The notes beneath the pieces were generated by a model. It was not told where the DNA came from, did not search any database, and saw nothing but the letters and a program-made list of their open reading frames with translations. The translations under genes and the position numbers were made by a program. This document shows positions 38,079 to 50,992 of a stretch of DNA of 64,000 nt, in pieces. The stretch's first letter is position 1. Each line of letters starts with the position of its first letter. The stretch spans positions 64,170,001 through 64,234,000 of the forward strand of contig NC_043008.1 of assembly GCF_006345805.1 (NCBI RefSeq), written 5' to 3'. Origin of the DNA: Octopus sinensis. Taxonomy: Eukaryota.

Positions 38079-38116
38079 TCAGACAGGTGTCAATATTGAT
38101 GATTTTTGAAAGAAAG
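38079..38116 (-). CDS. candidate terminal exon (phase 1): (A)FFQKSSILTPV*
   Basis: Acceptor TTTATCAACTCATTTTAG after a pyrimidine-rich region; ends in T-x-V; reading frame assumed. Confidence 0.2.
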
Positions 38117-38596
38117 CTAAAATGAGTTGATAAATGTTACATAAAAGAGAATAAAAATAAAAGAGGAGAAGAAAAATCTAGAAAGAAAATTTGTGTTTAA
38201 AACATGTTTATATTTCTGTGTTTGTCCGTTCATATCTTAATTGGTCTTTCAGCAAGTCTCCAATTATCACTAACTTTTCTGTCAATTTTTTTTTTGGTTG
38301 TTTTATTTTTTCTTCTTTGTTTTTTTTTTTTATTATTCTAAGGTTCTTTCATTGTTTGGGGTTGAAAGAAAAAAAAATAATAGAATGCAAAGAGAACATG
38401 TTTGAAGTATTCCGGAATCTAAAACTTATATGTCAAATATGAACGTATATATTTATGTGTTTACTGGAATTGTCTAGGCCAAATAAATAAATAAATAAAT
38501 AAATAAAAAGAAAAACAAACATTCAAACTAAAACTCAGATGTAGCTTTCTCTCTCTTTCTCTCTATTTATCTATACATATATATACATATATATAA

Positions 38597-38666
<70 letters not shown>

Positions 38667-39433
38667 CATATATATATACACACACATATATATATATATA
38701 TACATACATACATACATACATACATACATACATGCATACATCTTTCTCTCTCTCAGTCTATATATGCATTTACACTTATACACATGTATAAGTGTATATG
38801 CATAATTGCATAATACACTTGTATAATACTATATACATATACATATGCAAACACACACATACACACACACACACACAAGCATACACATACACATCTTCGC
38901 TCCCATCATTATTGCTTTCCATGTGTTTTCTCCATGCTGGGTACGAGTCAGGTAAGTGTCACCACTTGTCATCTGGTCTGCTACAAAGCAGCAGCGAATT
39001 TGATTGATCAGATTTCCAGTTTTGTATGTAATGTTATTTTGGCTATGTTATTCTTACAGTGTTTGAATGGCAGTACAATTGAGAAATTTGTCTCACATCC
39101 CTCTTATTTTGGGGTCCTGTGAGACCTTGAGCAAGTCTCTTCTATTATAGCCTCACGTTGATAAATGACTTGTCAGTAAAACTTGGCAAATTCAAACATA
39201 TGGAGGTCATTCAAAACTATCTATCCATCTGTCTATCTATTTAGCTTGCTAGCTAGATATACATACATATATTTATATATAATTTCTAACTGTGATTATT
39301 CAGCTCCGTATTGGCTGCATGTTTGTGTATTGTTGGTCTTAAACTAGTCTGATGCCCAATGTGCATGTACTCTGTCAGTGTTGCTGAGAAGTCATTCTCG
39401 TTTAATGAGTTGACAGCCATCACCAACATCATC

Positions 39434-39867
39434 TCTTTTTACTCTTTTACTCTTTTACTTGTTTCAGTCATTTAACTGTGGCCATGCTGGAGCACCACCT
39501 TTAGTCGAGCAAATGAACCCCAGGACTTATTCTTTGTAAGCCTAGTTATTCTTTCGGACCCTTTTGCTGAACCGCTAAGTTACAGGGACGTAAACACACC
39601 AGCATCGGTTGTCAAGTGATGTTGGGGGGACAAACACAGACACACAAACATATACACACTCACATACACACATATATATATATATATATACATATGCATA
39701 TATACAATGGTCTTCTTTCAGTTTCCATTTATCAAATCCACTCACAAGACTTTGGTCGGCCCGAGGTTATAATAGAAGACACTTACCCAAGGTACAATGC
39801 AGTGGGACTGAACCCAGAACTATGTGGTTCGTAAGCAAGCTACTTACCAACAGCCACTTCTATGCCT
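39434..39867 (-). mobile_element. SINE family A, full length
   Basis: Near-consensus copy. Confidence 0.9.
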
Positions 39868-40447
39868 AATATATATATATATATAGTGTGGCATAGTATG
39901 TGGGACAAGGCCGTACCTTTTGAAATATGTGCATGATTCACCTGGTGTATGTATGCTGCGGTGGACTGTACTACAGCTGGTCCACAGCTGTTAGGAATGT
40001 GAGTAGCGTAAATTGGCTCTGAGTGGGCAGCAACAATTCAAGCTATGATTTCACAATGTGTAAAATACAGATTTACATTTTCTAGATACAAGATAAGCAT
40101 TTAAATATTGATTTATTTTAAAAGTGTGGTTCTTAGATTTAGCAGTGCTACATATACAAAATATAAATTCTAAATAATATATTTAATCAGGTTAGATTTT
40201 TATCTGACAGAGCTTTATGTAACCAACTGTACTGCATTTCTCTGACATTTGTCTTCGATACAAATGGCTACAAGCCAACAGTTACAATTTATTCTTTGAG
40301 GTTACAGTTTCTACACTACAATCTAAACATTGAACTATAGATTTCTATTTTAACCCTCTCAGACCTATGTCCCTGTGTCTAACGTTACTCTTCACCTGGG
40401 CTACTGAGCAAAATGATAAATAGTTACATATACAGATCATTGCCAGA

Positions 40448-40842
40448 GAAACAAGCTGGCCTTCATGCCAATGGTACGTTAAAAACACAATTCGAGCGTG
40501 ATTGTTACCTGCGTCACCTTACTAGTACTTGTGCTGGTGGCACAGGAAAAAGCATTCGAGCGAGAGCGTTGTCAGTGCCGCTGGACTGGCTCCTGTGCAG
40601 GTGGCATATAAAAAGCCCCATTTGAGTGTGGCCATTGCCAGTACCACCTAACTGGCCCTCGTGCCGGTGGCATGTAAAAGCACCCACTACACTCTCGGAG
40701 TGGTTGGCGTTAGGAAGGGCATCCAGCTGTAGAAACCCTGCCAGATCAGATTGGAGTCTGGTTTGCTAGACCTCAGTCGAATCGTCCAACCCATGCTAGC
40801 ATGGAAAGTCGACATTAAATGATGAGGATGATGACGATGACA
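40448..40842 (+). mobile_element. RTE-tail retroposon with ~4 internal tandem sub-repeats
   Basis: Repeated G(G)TGGCA..AAAAAGC..TTCGAGCG units, then GGTTGGCGTTAGGAAGGGCATCCAGCTGTAGAAAC..CCAACCCATGCTAGCATGGAAAG..(GAT)n. Confidence 0.8.
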
Positions 40843-41378
40843 GATCAAGAGTAATGATTGCAGGCAAACTAATGGACAGAATCAACTGCATCTTCTTTTT
40901 CTACGTGTATTGTTTATTACAGCTTTACCAGGAACCCAGCAGAGATGATGTTTAAGCAATTCTAACTATAGCAGGAACAAATGTGTGATAGGGTGAAAGT
41001 ACAATTCTTAGACTTGCTCATAATACTAAAAGCATAAAACAGAATAATTTATTAATTAGTTAGCTTAACCTTCACTTCATAGAGATTTTTAACCATTTAT
41101 ATACAGTAGGCATATGCGTGGCTGTGTGATAAGAAACTTGCTTACCAACCACATGGTTCTGGGTTCAATCCCACTGCATGATACTTTGGGTATGTGTTTT
41201 CTACTATAGCCTCTGGCCAACCATAGCCTTGTGAGTGGATTTTGTAGACAGAGACTGAAAGGAACCCATCGTATATAAATATATGTATGTATATCTGTGT
41301 GTTTGTGTGTTTTTCTGTCTGTGTTTGTCCCTCCACCACCACTTGACAACTGGTGTTGGTATGTTTGCATTCCTGTAA

Positions 41379-41742
41379 ATATTTTTCAATGTTATTATTA
41401 TTATTATTACAGGATTCGAACTCGGAATCTTGGGGCTAGCAGCCCATGCTCTTAACCACTATGCTAAGGGCATATGGTGTAGTGGTTAAGAGCATGGGCT
41501 ACTAACCCCAAGATTCTGAGTTTGATTCCAGACAGTGACCTGAATAATAATAACAAGAACAACATCGAAAGTACCTTAGGAATGAGAATCCAAGCTCGAA
41601 ATTTCCCCAAGACACCTGATGAAGGCTGGAGGGTATATCAGCTGAAACGTTGTGCTAACAACAAGCAAGATGAGGACAAATATCCATCAATTGTAAATAA
41701 TGTAAATCATGTACATAATTCCTCATCTCTTAAATATAGAAT
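41379..41742 (+). mobile_element. tRNA-headed, hammerhead-bearing SINE-like element with an inverted 5' arm
   Basis: A box TGGTGTAGTGG (41475-41485), B box GAGTT(T/C)GA(T/A)TCC, (AAT)n linker, HHR at 41612-41655; 41379-41463 is an inverted copy of the first ~100 nt. Confidence 0.75.
41612..41655 (+). ncRNA. minimal type I hammerhead ribozyme
   Basis: ACAC-CTGATGA-A-GGCTGG-AGGGTATA-TCAGCT-GAAA-CG-TT-GTGC; palindromic AACGTT stem III. Confidence 0.8.
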
Positions 41743-41979
41743 TGATTTCAATTCATTCAACTAAAAATTCAAGGCAGTGCTCCAGCATGGCTGCAGTCTA
41801 ATGATTGAAACAAGTAAAAGACAAAAAGTATGTATGTATGGACGGATGTTTCTATCTATTTATTTTTCATTCTATCTATCAATCAATCTAATGTAAAACT
41901 AAATTGTTGGGAAGGCAAGCTTCTTTGCCACTTTGCAATAGTAGTACCTATTCATTTCACTTAATATTTTTATGATTTC

Positions 41980-42536
41980 ATATTACCCACAAGGGGCTAA
42001 ACATAGAGGGGACAAACAAGGACAGACAAAGGGATTAAGTCGATTACATCGTCCCCAGTGTGTAACTGGTACTTAATTTATCGACCCTGAAAGGATGAAA
42101 GTCAAAGTTGACCGCTGCGGAATTTGAACTCAGAACGTAACAGCAGATGAAATACCTATTTCTTTACTGCCCATAAGGGGCTACACACAGAGGGGACAAA
42201 CAGGGACAGACAAACGGATTAAATCGATTATATCGACCCCAGTTCGTAACTAGTACTTAATTTATCGACCCCGAAAGGATGAAAGGCAAAGTTGATCTTG
42301 GCAGATGAAATACCTATTTCTTTACTACCCACAAGGGGCTAAACACAGAGGGAACAAAAAAACAAGGACAGACAAATGGATTAAGTCGATTATATTGACA
42401 CCAGTGTGTAATCGGTCCTGAAAGGATGAAAGGCAAAGTCGACCTCAGCGGAATTTGAACTCAGAATGTAGCGGCAGACGAAATGCCACTAAGCATTTCG
42501 CCAGGCATACTAACGTTTCTGCCAGCTCACCACCTT
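41980..42536 (-). mobile_element. family B SINE, trimeric
   Basis: One head (42480-42536) followed by three body units, each ending ..CCCCTT(G/A)TGGG..AAAGAAATA or similar. Confidence 0.85.
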
Positions 42537-42539
42537 AAT

Positions 42540-42754
42540 ATTCTTGTAACTATATTCCTGTAGAAATACACTGCTTCTGTTTCAATTAATTTTGAAAATA
42601 ATGAAGAATTTTCTAAAATAATTATGTCAATTTTAATCTGGCATTTGGAACATAAATTAACATGGAATTTTGATGGACAGTTTTAATTTCAATCACTTTA
42701 AAAGCAAGAAATTTCTATCATAGAGCCAAATGGGTTGTTACCAAAAGGGGTTAA
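42540..42754 (+). mobile_element. diverged piggyBac-type MITE
   Basis: Aligns loosely with 44158-44377; ends AAAAGGGG|TTAA. Confidence 0.55.
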
Positions 42755-42949
42755 AAAAAAGCTAGTTAGGTCGAGGAATATTTGTAAACTCCATTTTAAA
42801 TGAAATGAAACTTCCTGTTTTCCATGAGATCATTAAATTCCTTGGAATTTATAGAAAAGTAGGTAGCGTTTTTCAATGGATAACTGAAATATACTGAGCC
42901 ATGCAAAATATACAAATTTATGAAAAATTCTTGATGAGAATTATTATTT

Positions 42950-43103
42950 TTTATCTTTTACTTGTTTGGGTCATTTGACTATGGGCATGCTGGTGCACCG
43001 AGCAAATCGACCCCAGGACTTATTCTTTGTAAGCCTAGCACACCAGCATCGGTTGTCAAGTGATGCTGGAGACAAACACAAACACATAAACACACACACA
43101 CAT

Positions 43104-43166
<63 letters not shown>

Positions 43167-43983
43167 TATATATATGACGGGCTTCTTTCAGTGTCCGTCT
43201 GCGAAATCCACTCACAAGGCTTTGTGAGTGCCATGCAATGAGAATGAACCCAGAACAATGTGGTTGGTAAGCAAGCTACTTACCATACAGCCACTTCTAT
43301 TACTTATTTTTTTCTTAAACCTGGTACTTATTCTGTTGGTCTCTTTTGCCGAACCACTACGTTGCCGGGAATGTAAACAAACCAACACTGATTCTCAAGC
43401 ATGAGACACAAACACTATGACACACACACACATGTATTCTTTTATTCTTTTACTTCTTTCAGTCAATTGGTTGCGGCCATGCTGGAGCACCACCTTAAGT
43501 GGGGTTTTTAGTCGAAAAATTGCCCCCAGGATTTATTCTTTGTAAGCCTAGTACTTATTCTATCATTCGTTTTTGCCAAGCCGCTATGTTACGGCAACAT
43601 AAACACACCTACATCCGTTGTCAAGTGATAGTGGGCGGTGACAAACACAGACACAAGCACACAAATAAATACACACACACACACATATATACATATATAT
43701 ACGACAGGCTTCTTTCAGTTTCCATCTACCATGCATGACTATGTGGTTAGGAAGCAAACTTCTTATTTCTTTATTGCCCACAAGGGGCTAAACACAGAGG
43801 GGACAGACAAAGGGATTAAGTCAATTAAATCAACCCCAGTGCATAACTGGTACTTAATTTATCGACCCTGAAAAGAAGAAAAGTAAAGTCGACCTCAGTA
43901 GAATTTGAACTCAGAACGTAATAGCAGACGAAATACCACTAAGCATTTTGCCTGGTGTGCTAACGTTTCTGCCAGCTCGTCGC
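42950..43983 (-). mobile_element. cluster of deleted family A copies plus a family B copy (43762-43983)
   Basis: Recognisable family A and B blocks on the - strand. Confidence 0.8.
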
Positions 43984-44157
43984 AAACTTCTTACCATACA
44001 ACAATACCTACCTACTTATTAAAGATATTCTAAAAACAAAAACAATGGCTAACTGTATATTACTAATCTTTCATATCCTGAGGTGCTTTGAGTCATGGTC
44101 AGACCAATTTGGACTGACCAGTGGTGAGTTTTTAGTAAAAATCTATTTACTATTTAA

Positions 44158-44377
44158 CCCTTTCGTTACTGTATTTATTTTGAGATGCTCTGCGATTCTT
44201 TCATTTACTTTAGATATAACAAGGAATTTAGTAAAATAACTTGGTTATCATTAAGCTAGTGTTAGGAACATAAATTGTGACTAAGGTTTGGTGGAAGGTT
44301 TTAATTCAAAACTTATGTAAACAAGACATTTGTACTCAGAGCCAGAGCCAGTTTCAGCTGGGTTGGTAACGAAAGGG
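44158..44377 (+). mobile_element. piggyBac-type MITE with TTAA target duplication
   Basis: TTAA|CCCTTTCGTTAC ... GTAACGAAAGGG|TTAA: perfect 12-bp TIRs. Confidence 0.9.
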
Positions 44378-44610
44378 TTAAAACAGCATCAGTTTAAGGA
44401 TAGTTCTTCACTCATGTAATAATGGAAGTTCCAGAGCAGCTAACTGGCTTGATATGTTATTTTGCTTGAAATGCAACTTGAACCAAAGACAAAAAAGAAT
44501 CTCTCCATATTCTGACAGAATTTCTACCAATCTTATTTATTACAGATATTATACCGAATTCTTTAATCTCAATAATTTCAATTCCTAATTACAAAGCAAT
44601 GTCATAGAAG

Positions 44611-44702
44611 TCAATGAATACAGAAACTTGCTTGAAAATTAATGGCATCTTGAAAATACTGTTGTGTTAATGCATCTTCATAATTCGAAATGAATTCTGT
44701 CA
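44611..44702 (-). CDS. candidate terminal exon (phase 1): (V)TEFISNYEDALTQQYFQDAINFQASFCIH*
   Basis: Acceptor CTCTTATTTCAG; only the phase-1 frame stays open (30 codons). Confidence 0.3.
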
Positions 44703-44934
44703 CTGAAATAAGAGCCATCTCTCTCAAGTAGTCAATCTATTTGGTGATTTGATTGAAGTCAGTCACATGAAAATTGTGGATTCGTTTACATTTTTTTTTT
44801 TTTTTTGTGAGATAGAATTTCTTTATTTCTGAAATTGATTTTAATTTTTATATCTTGAAGCAACATTTTTCTGAATAATTTTTTATATTTATATCTTATT
44901 TAATACATTTACCTATATACATATACATATACAT

Positions 44935-44985
<51 letters not shown>

Positions 44986-45490
44986 TATGTGTGTATGTAT
45001 ATGTATATATATGTGTTTATATATATATTTATATTTATATATATATATGTATATGCACATACACATATATACATATACATACAAACACACATAGATACAC
45101 ATGCATATATCAATGTACAATCACTGTTTGATCTTTGGGGACAATATTTCTCAATCTCTTGTTTTTCTCTTGAGTATATGCTATCATTATAGGCTGCTTG
45201 TGATGTGATATATGCTGTCATCTTAGTAATTTACTAATAGTTGCTTTAATCTTCTTAAATGTCATTTGATTGCAGTCTGGACTGCTGTAAAATCTCTTGC
45301 TAATATAACTTTCTACTAGCTTTTGCAGTGACTACAGACATATGGTCCTCATGTCATATTCAACAACACTTGTTATATTTTGGCAGGTTTCAGAGAGGAA
45401 AACTTTGTCTGAGTAGACAAGTTATTGACTACTCAGCAAAAACTTCTCTAAGTTTCTTTTGCGTCAATATTCCTAAGTAAAACAAAGCAG

Positions 45491-45740
45491 TGTGGAGGCA
45501 TGTGGCTTAGTGGTTAGGGTGTCAGCATCATGATCGCAAGATTGTGGTTTCGATTCCTGGATCGGGCGACGCGTTGTATTCTTGAGAAAAACACCTCATT
45601 TCACATTGCTCCAGTCCACTCAGCAGGTAAAAATGAGTAATGCTGCGATGGACTGGCATCTCGTTCAGCTGAGGAACACATACACCATTGAAATGGGGAA
45701 ACTGGGCCCATGAGCCTGGCTAGGCTTTAAAAGGGCACAT
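45491..45740 (+). mobile_element. tRNA/CORE SINE with a type-1-like tail
   Basis: GTGGAGGCATGTGGCTTAGTGGTTAGGG..CTGCGATGGACTGGCATC; flanked by an AAAACAAAGCAGT duplication (45479 and 45755). Confidence 0.8.
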
Positions 45741-45837
45741 TAATTTTTTATTTTAAAACAAAGCAGTAAGCTGGTAGATTCGTTAGCATACTGAGAAAAA
45801 TGCTTTTTTGCATTTTTCCCACCTTTACATCTTGAGT

Positions 45838-45927
45838 TCAACATTTCAGCTGATATACCTTCCAGCCTTCATTAGGTGTCTTAGGGAAATCTCAAACCTG
45901 GGTTCTCATTCCTAAGGTATTTTTCGA

Positions 45928-45960
<33 letters not shown>
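45838..45960 (-). mobile_element. second copy of the tRNA-HHR family (HHR segment, core mutated)
   Basis: Reverse complement (AAT)n-CATCGAAAAATACCTTAGGAATGAGAACCC..GACAC-CTAATGA-AGGCTGGAAGGTATATCAGCT-GAAATGTTG aligns with 41543-41652. Confidence 0.75.
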
Positions 45961-45961
<1 letters not shown>

Positions 45962-46087
45962 GAGTGAGAGAGCAGTGCATGCCATCAAAGTGACACTGGG
46001 GTAAAATATACGAAGCCCAGTATACCAATCATGACTACCCATCTGATAAGGGTACACCAGGCACATGCATCACAACCATATGTGTGC
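45960..46087 (-). mobile_element. family E LINE-type 3' UTR fragment abutting (TAA)n
   Basis: Aligns with 1944-2077. Confidence 0.75.
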
Positions 46088-46215
46088 GTTGTGTTCTTGA
46101 GCAAAACACTTCATTTCACATTGCTCCAGTCCACTCAGCTGGCAAAAATGAGTAACACTGCGATGGACTGGTGTCCTGTCCAGGTGGGGAGCACATACAC
46201 CATTGAAGCCTGCTC

Positions 46216-47057
46216 ATAGCTCCAAGTGATAAACGAAGGAAATATGAAGCTGGTTTTAAGCTGAAAGTGGTAGCATATGCCAAGTCCCACAACAACTTTG
46301 CTATTGTGAGAGAATATAATGTAAAGTTTGGAGATTAAAGGAAGACTTATTGAGGAGTATACTCAGGACAAAATGTGCAATGAGAGGTGGCACTGCACAT
46401 TGGCCAATTCCAGAGAAGCATGTAGCAGACATGATCTATGAGTAGTGTCAAAATGGATCTGTTGTTTCAAGATTAACAGACTCATGAAGCAAGACAAAAT
46501 TTACAAATTAAAGAAAATAATAGCAGTGTACTTTATAACATTTCTAATATATTACAATGTAATATTATACATACCGTAAGTAAATCTGTAAATCCATTTC
46601 AAGTAAATGGTATTATTATGGTAAAATTCTTGACACCATGTTAGTTCTTGTAAAATAACTGACACCTAAGTGACATCACTACAGTAGTGTTTACAGCAGC
46701 CACATGCATTTGACATGTATTATAGTAGGTAATTTATAATATTGGGCCACTTTTTGAGAATAACTGTATAAATTTTAAACAATCAACACTGTAGAATTGT
46801 TGCATACAAAATTTACCCATTGCATCATAGTTAAAATACTGTTGAAGCACAAGAAAAACAGAGGCTTCAGGGGCCACTGGGGAAGTTACAACTCAGCCAA
46901 CCCTTTTAGCTATGAACCTCATACCTCCGGCACTTGAGCTATTTTCCACGAATACTCGGGGTGGTCTTATATAGCAAGTGTGGCTCAAAACCTACTTTTC
47001 AAATGGAAATCCTGGGTTCGCCTTGTACACCCAGTCATATTATATGCCAGCATATAT

Positions 47058-47062
<5 letters not shown>
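46216..47062 (+). mobile_element. decayed pogo/Tigger-type DNA transposon
   Basis: KRRKYEAGFKLKVVAYAKSHNNFAIVREYNV..TKCAMRGGTAHWPIPEKHVADMIYE resembles the Brinker-DBD/CENP-B HTH N-terminus of pogo transposases; GGGTGGTCTTATATAG..CGCCTTGTACAC subterminal-like motifs near 47000. Confidence 0.65.
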
Positions 47063-47093
<31 letters not shown>

Positions 47094-47928
47094 ATTTACC
47101 AAATAGTAAATTTGTATACTATATCACAAAAAATGAGAAGAATTACTGTCATTATTGTATATTGATATAAAACAAATATTCATCTTAATATTCATTTAGA
47201 TCAGTCAATGCATGAGACCAATAATAATATCCCCCAAAGACAAAAATAGTGCAATCAACTAGTGATTTACAATTTTTTATATATATACATTGTCATTGAA
47301 ATACTTTTATATAGGTTTGATTGACAGAAATGGTCTCCAAAAGTGACATAAGTACAGCCTATATGTATCAAGATGAAATTTTTGATATGACATAAAAGAA
47401 CTTAGTGTAATAAGTCAGTTGGAAATTTTTATATTATAGCTGTCAAAGGGACTATCAAGAATAATAGTGAATTCCTTATTTTTTTAACTTTTTCTTTTTT
47501 CTTTTTCTAAATTATAACAAAGTGTCACATTCTTATTCCAAGTAGAAAATAAGTATCGGACTAAAAGTTTAACCTCTAAGCCATCTAAAAATGGAAAAGA
47601 ATTGAAAAATATCTTCCAGCTAAGGTAAAGATTGAAAATGAGATATCACAGTAATTGTATGTAATCCAAATAGCCATATATACAACAGTGGCTACAGTGC
47701 TGCCTAAAATACTGTCAATTCCAACTTCAGCCAATATGGTGCCTTGTTGATATTGATTATTTTGCCCACCTAATCTTTTTAAATGTCATATTTAGATAAA
47801 GGTATTTAATCTACTTGAAGACTTTATTTTCATTTGTGTGAGTTCTGAGGTCAAGCTGAACAGTTTGGCTAACACTGTAATTACCAACTCTGATGGAAAA
47901 ATGAGATGGAAGAAGTTATTTTCATTAC

Positions 47929-47955
47929 CAGGAAGCTGACCATATTCTATAAAAC
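47929..47955 (-). CDS. candidate 27-nt micro-exon: (G)FIEYGQLP
   Basis: Acceptor TTTTCTTGGACAG, donor CTG|GTAATG; symmetric phase 1; read-through stays open for about 54 codons. Confidence 0.4.
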
Positions 47956-48399
47956 CTGTCCAAGAAAATTTGAAATGTATTTTGTATTTTGTTTAGGTTT
48001 TTTTTTCTCTCTCTCCAAATGAATCTGCACATGACAGCAATGACAAATTAATCCTATTGGGGATTTCTTTAGATGATTGATTCCTTTGTGAATCTGTATT
48101 ATTTACAATTTATTATCGTTATTATTATTATTATTTATTATTTATTATTACTAAAGTTCTTACTTCATTGTAAGAATTATTCAACATTTTTTTTCCATTT
48201 TTTTCATTTCAATGGTTCCATTATAATTGAATAATTCTAGTGAAATAAGAAGCCTAAACAAAGTACCATTTATGATTGTCTACGAAAACGGTTTCCACAA
48301 TATTCACTGAAATTCGGATAGATGGTTCAGATATGAAATTCAAATACAGGCAATATTGAATTTTGGCAATGCCACATGAACTTTCTCTGGAATATACAG

Positions 48400-48750
48400 C
48401 AGACACTTGATTGAAAAGCAGAGCACAACTGATCTAAGGTTGTGATTGGGAATTAAGGCATCAGTTGATAAGTGCTGGAGAGAAGATTACAAAGATATCA
48501 ACATATAATGTAAATGGACAGTGAGTGCTTGGAGAAATTGTGTTTTGTACCAATGAAGTTGATCATGATAGAGGACAGCCAAGAAAAATGTTAGAGGAAA
48601 TTGCATGATCAGATCTCAGAATTCACAGGATGTTTAGCTTGCATGTACAAAATGAAAGACGAATGACATGAATGATGAAATGCTTTACAGCAAATGTATC
48701 CAGCCATGCAAACATGGAAAAAAATTGATATTAATCATAGCTGAGGATGT
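48400..48750 (+). mobile_element. decayed RTE-clade LINE 3' end
   Basis: Fragments VLERRLQRYQHIM and RGQPRKMLEEI, followed by the tail TCCAGCCATGCAAACATGGAAAAA shared with the RTE-tail repeats. Confidence 0.65.
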
Positions 48751-50354
48751 TATCACAGTTCTATAGATTATCAAATAGATGAGATCAATAGAGTGACTGA
48801 ATCACACCTGATACTTTTTGACATCCTTTTGGCAAACATTTGTCATCTATTTGAAAAATAGTTGGGAAATATCAAGACATGGATGAATGCTATGTTTAAT
48901 TTAAATGCCAAACAATTTGAAATGGATTTTTTTCTCTTAAAGGCTGCTGTGAATTTGTAACAGAAAGCATCTGTCTTCATGGATCCAAACTGTTTTGCTA
49001 TTTCCTATTGAAAACCTGACCCTTGGTCAATCAGATGATCAATTACTCAAACATGCTCTAAAGATATTAATAAAGGGAAAATAAAAATGTCTTTAATTCA
49101 AGAAGATAGCAGCAAAAATGTTACCATTTGTAATCTAAACTTCATATCTGAATATTCACAGAAAAAGTTTAAGATCTGTAAAAATTATAGTAGTTTACTG
49201 TTACAAGTCTTGCACCCATTCAACATAATTTGTAATATTCTATTTCTCAAAATATGCATTCAAGTGATATGCTTTCAACAAAATCAAAGACATCGTCGAA
49301 TTTAAAATAATAACAAACTGATGTTAAGAAGCTATCTATCAAAATAGAACATGATAACATGTGGAATATTTTGGAAGGAAGAATTAAGAATTTTAACGGG
49401 GTTGATACACACACATATAAATGTATGTATGTATGTATGTATGTATGTATGTATGTATGTATGTATATATATATAGAGAGAGAGATAGACATACAGACAG
49501 ACAAACAGACAGACAGATAGATAGCTAGATAGATAGATATGTACAGAAAGAAATATGCATATGTATACAGACGTATTTGCATAGAAATAAATAAAAATGA
49601 ACAAAAAATACATAATAATTGAAACAAAATATAATTTAAAGAAATAAGATATGAAAGATTTCCTGGTTAGTTTGAGATGAACACTTCATAAACCCATTCA
49701 CTTAAACACTTCTTAAATTGTGTTTGAGTGCAACCAAATGCACCACTAAGCATTTTGGGGGTGATATTTAATGTTGAAAAACAACAACTTCAACATATTC
49801 TTTTCTAAGTTTGATTAATTTGTTTTATTATAAATTTTACTTGCAGACTATCATTTATATGTTGTCAAATATTCTGAACATAGTTGTTTTTTGTGTCACT
49901 CTAACTTTTTCATACCGTTTATGGCATCAGAGTTGTACAATTTTATCTATTAACTATTTATTTGTTTATCAAAGAATGATGAATCTATGTCCTCAGCATT
50001 TTCATTGTTATCTTTCTGAGGAGATACTTAGCTTTCATTTGGAAGAAACATTTCCTCCTCACTTGCTTTCATTGCTTTATAGTTTTTTTTTGTGATTTTC
50101 CCCATTTTTACCTTTGTATTTTCATCTGTATTATTTCTCCTCAATTGCATGATGAAGACATGGTAGCACAATTTGGTGCAGTTCAGGAATGAGGTAGCAT
50201 TTTTCTAACTGTTTGTGATATTGGATCTATTGACAGTTAGTGGTACTCTGGAAATTGGTGTTTGTTGTTGCTTTTGTTATTGCAGTTTATTTTCCATTAT
50301 TTTCCTTTTTTTTTTTCGTTTTTTATTTATTTTCTCAGCTCTTTATTTTCTCAG

Positions 50355-50541
50355 CAGTTTCGAGGGAGGGGGAAAGTTGATAAAATTAATCTCAATGTTC
50401 AACCAAAAATTGTTTTATCAAACCCAGCAGGATGAAAGGAAAAGTCAACCTCAGTAGAATTTGAACTTAGAATGTAAAGACAGATGAAATGCAACTTGGG
50501 ATTTTGCCCAGGACACTAATGATTCTGCCAGCTGACCACCT
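50355..50541 (-). mobile_element. diverged family B SINE
   Basis: GGATGAAAGGAAAAGTCAACCTCAGTAGAATTTGAACTTAG..TCTGCCAGCTGACCACC. Confidence 0.75.
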
Positions 50542-50620
<79 letters not shown>

Positions 50621-50633
50621 GATGATGATGATA

Positions 50634-50954
50634 GCCATGTGTTGAGAGGGATTCTTTGGGGTTTGAATAATTCACCTCTAGAAACATGGGTGTTTCGTTC
50701 AACATCCTTAAACAACACTTATTCAGGGATCTTTTGAGCAGGATGGGCTACTCGACCAGAAGAAAATTCTAACTGGGAGCCACCTGCAAGGTCATGCGCT
50801 GTTTATCTTGATATGAGATCACCATGTCGCACACATATGGTTGTGATGCATGTGCCTAGTGTAGCCTTCTCAGACAGGTAGTAATGATGGTTATACTGGG
50901 CTTCGTATATTTTACCCCAATGTCACTTTGATGGCATGCACTGCTCTCTCACTC

Positions 50955-50957
<3 letters not shown>
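50634..50957 (+). mobile_element. family E LINE-type 3' UTR, longest copy, embedded in (TAA)n
   Basis: Ends CACTGCTCTCTCACTC(AAT)n; TAA repeats on both sides. Confidence 0.75.

Positions 50958-50992
<35 letters not shown>

Larger units (their letters stand above)
41128..41830 (+). mobile_element. SINE family A split by the tRNA-HHR element
   Basis: 5' part at 41128-41378; 3' part resumes ~41745-41830. Confidence 0.75.
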
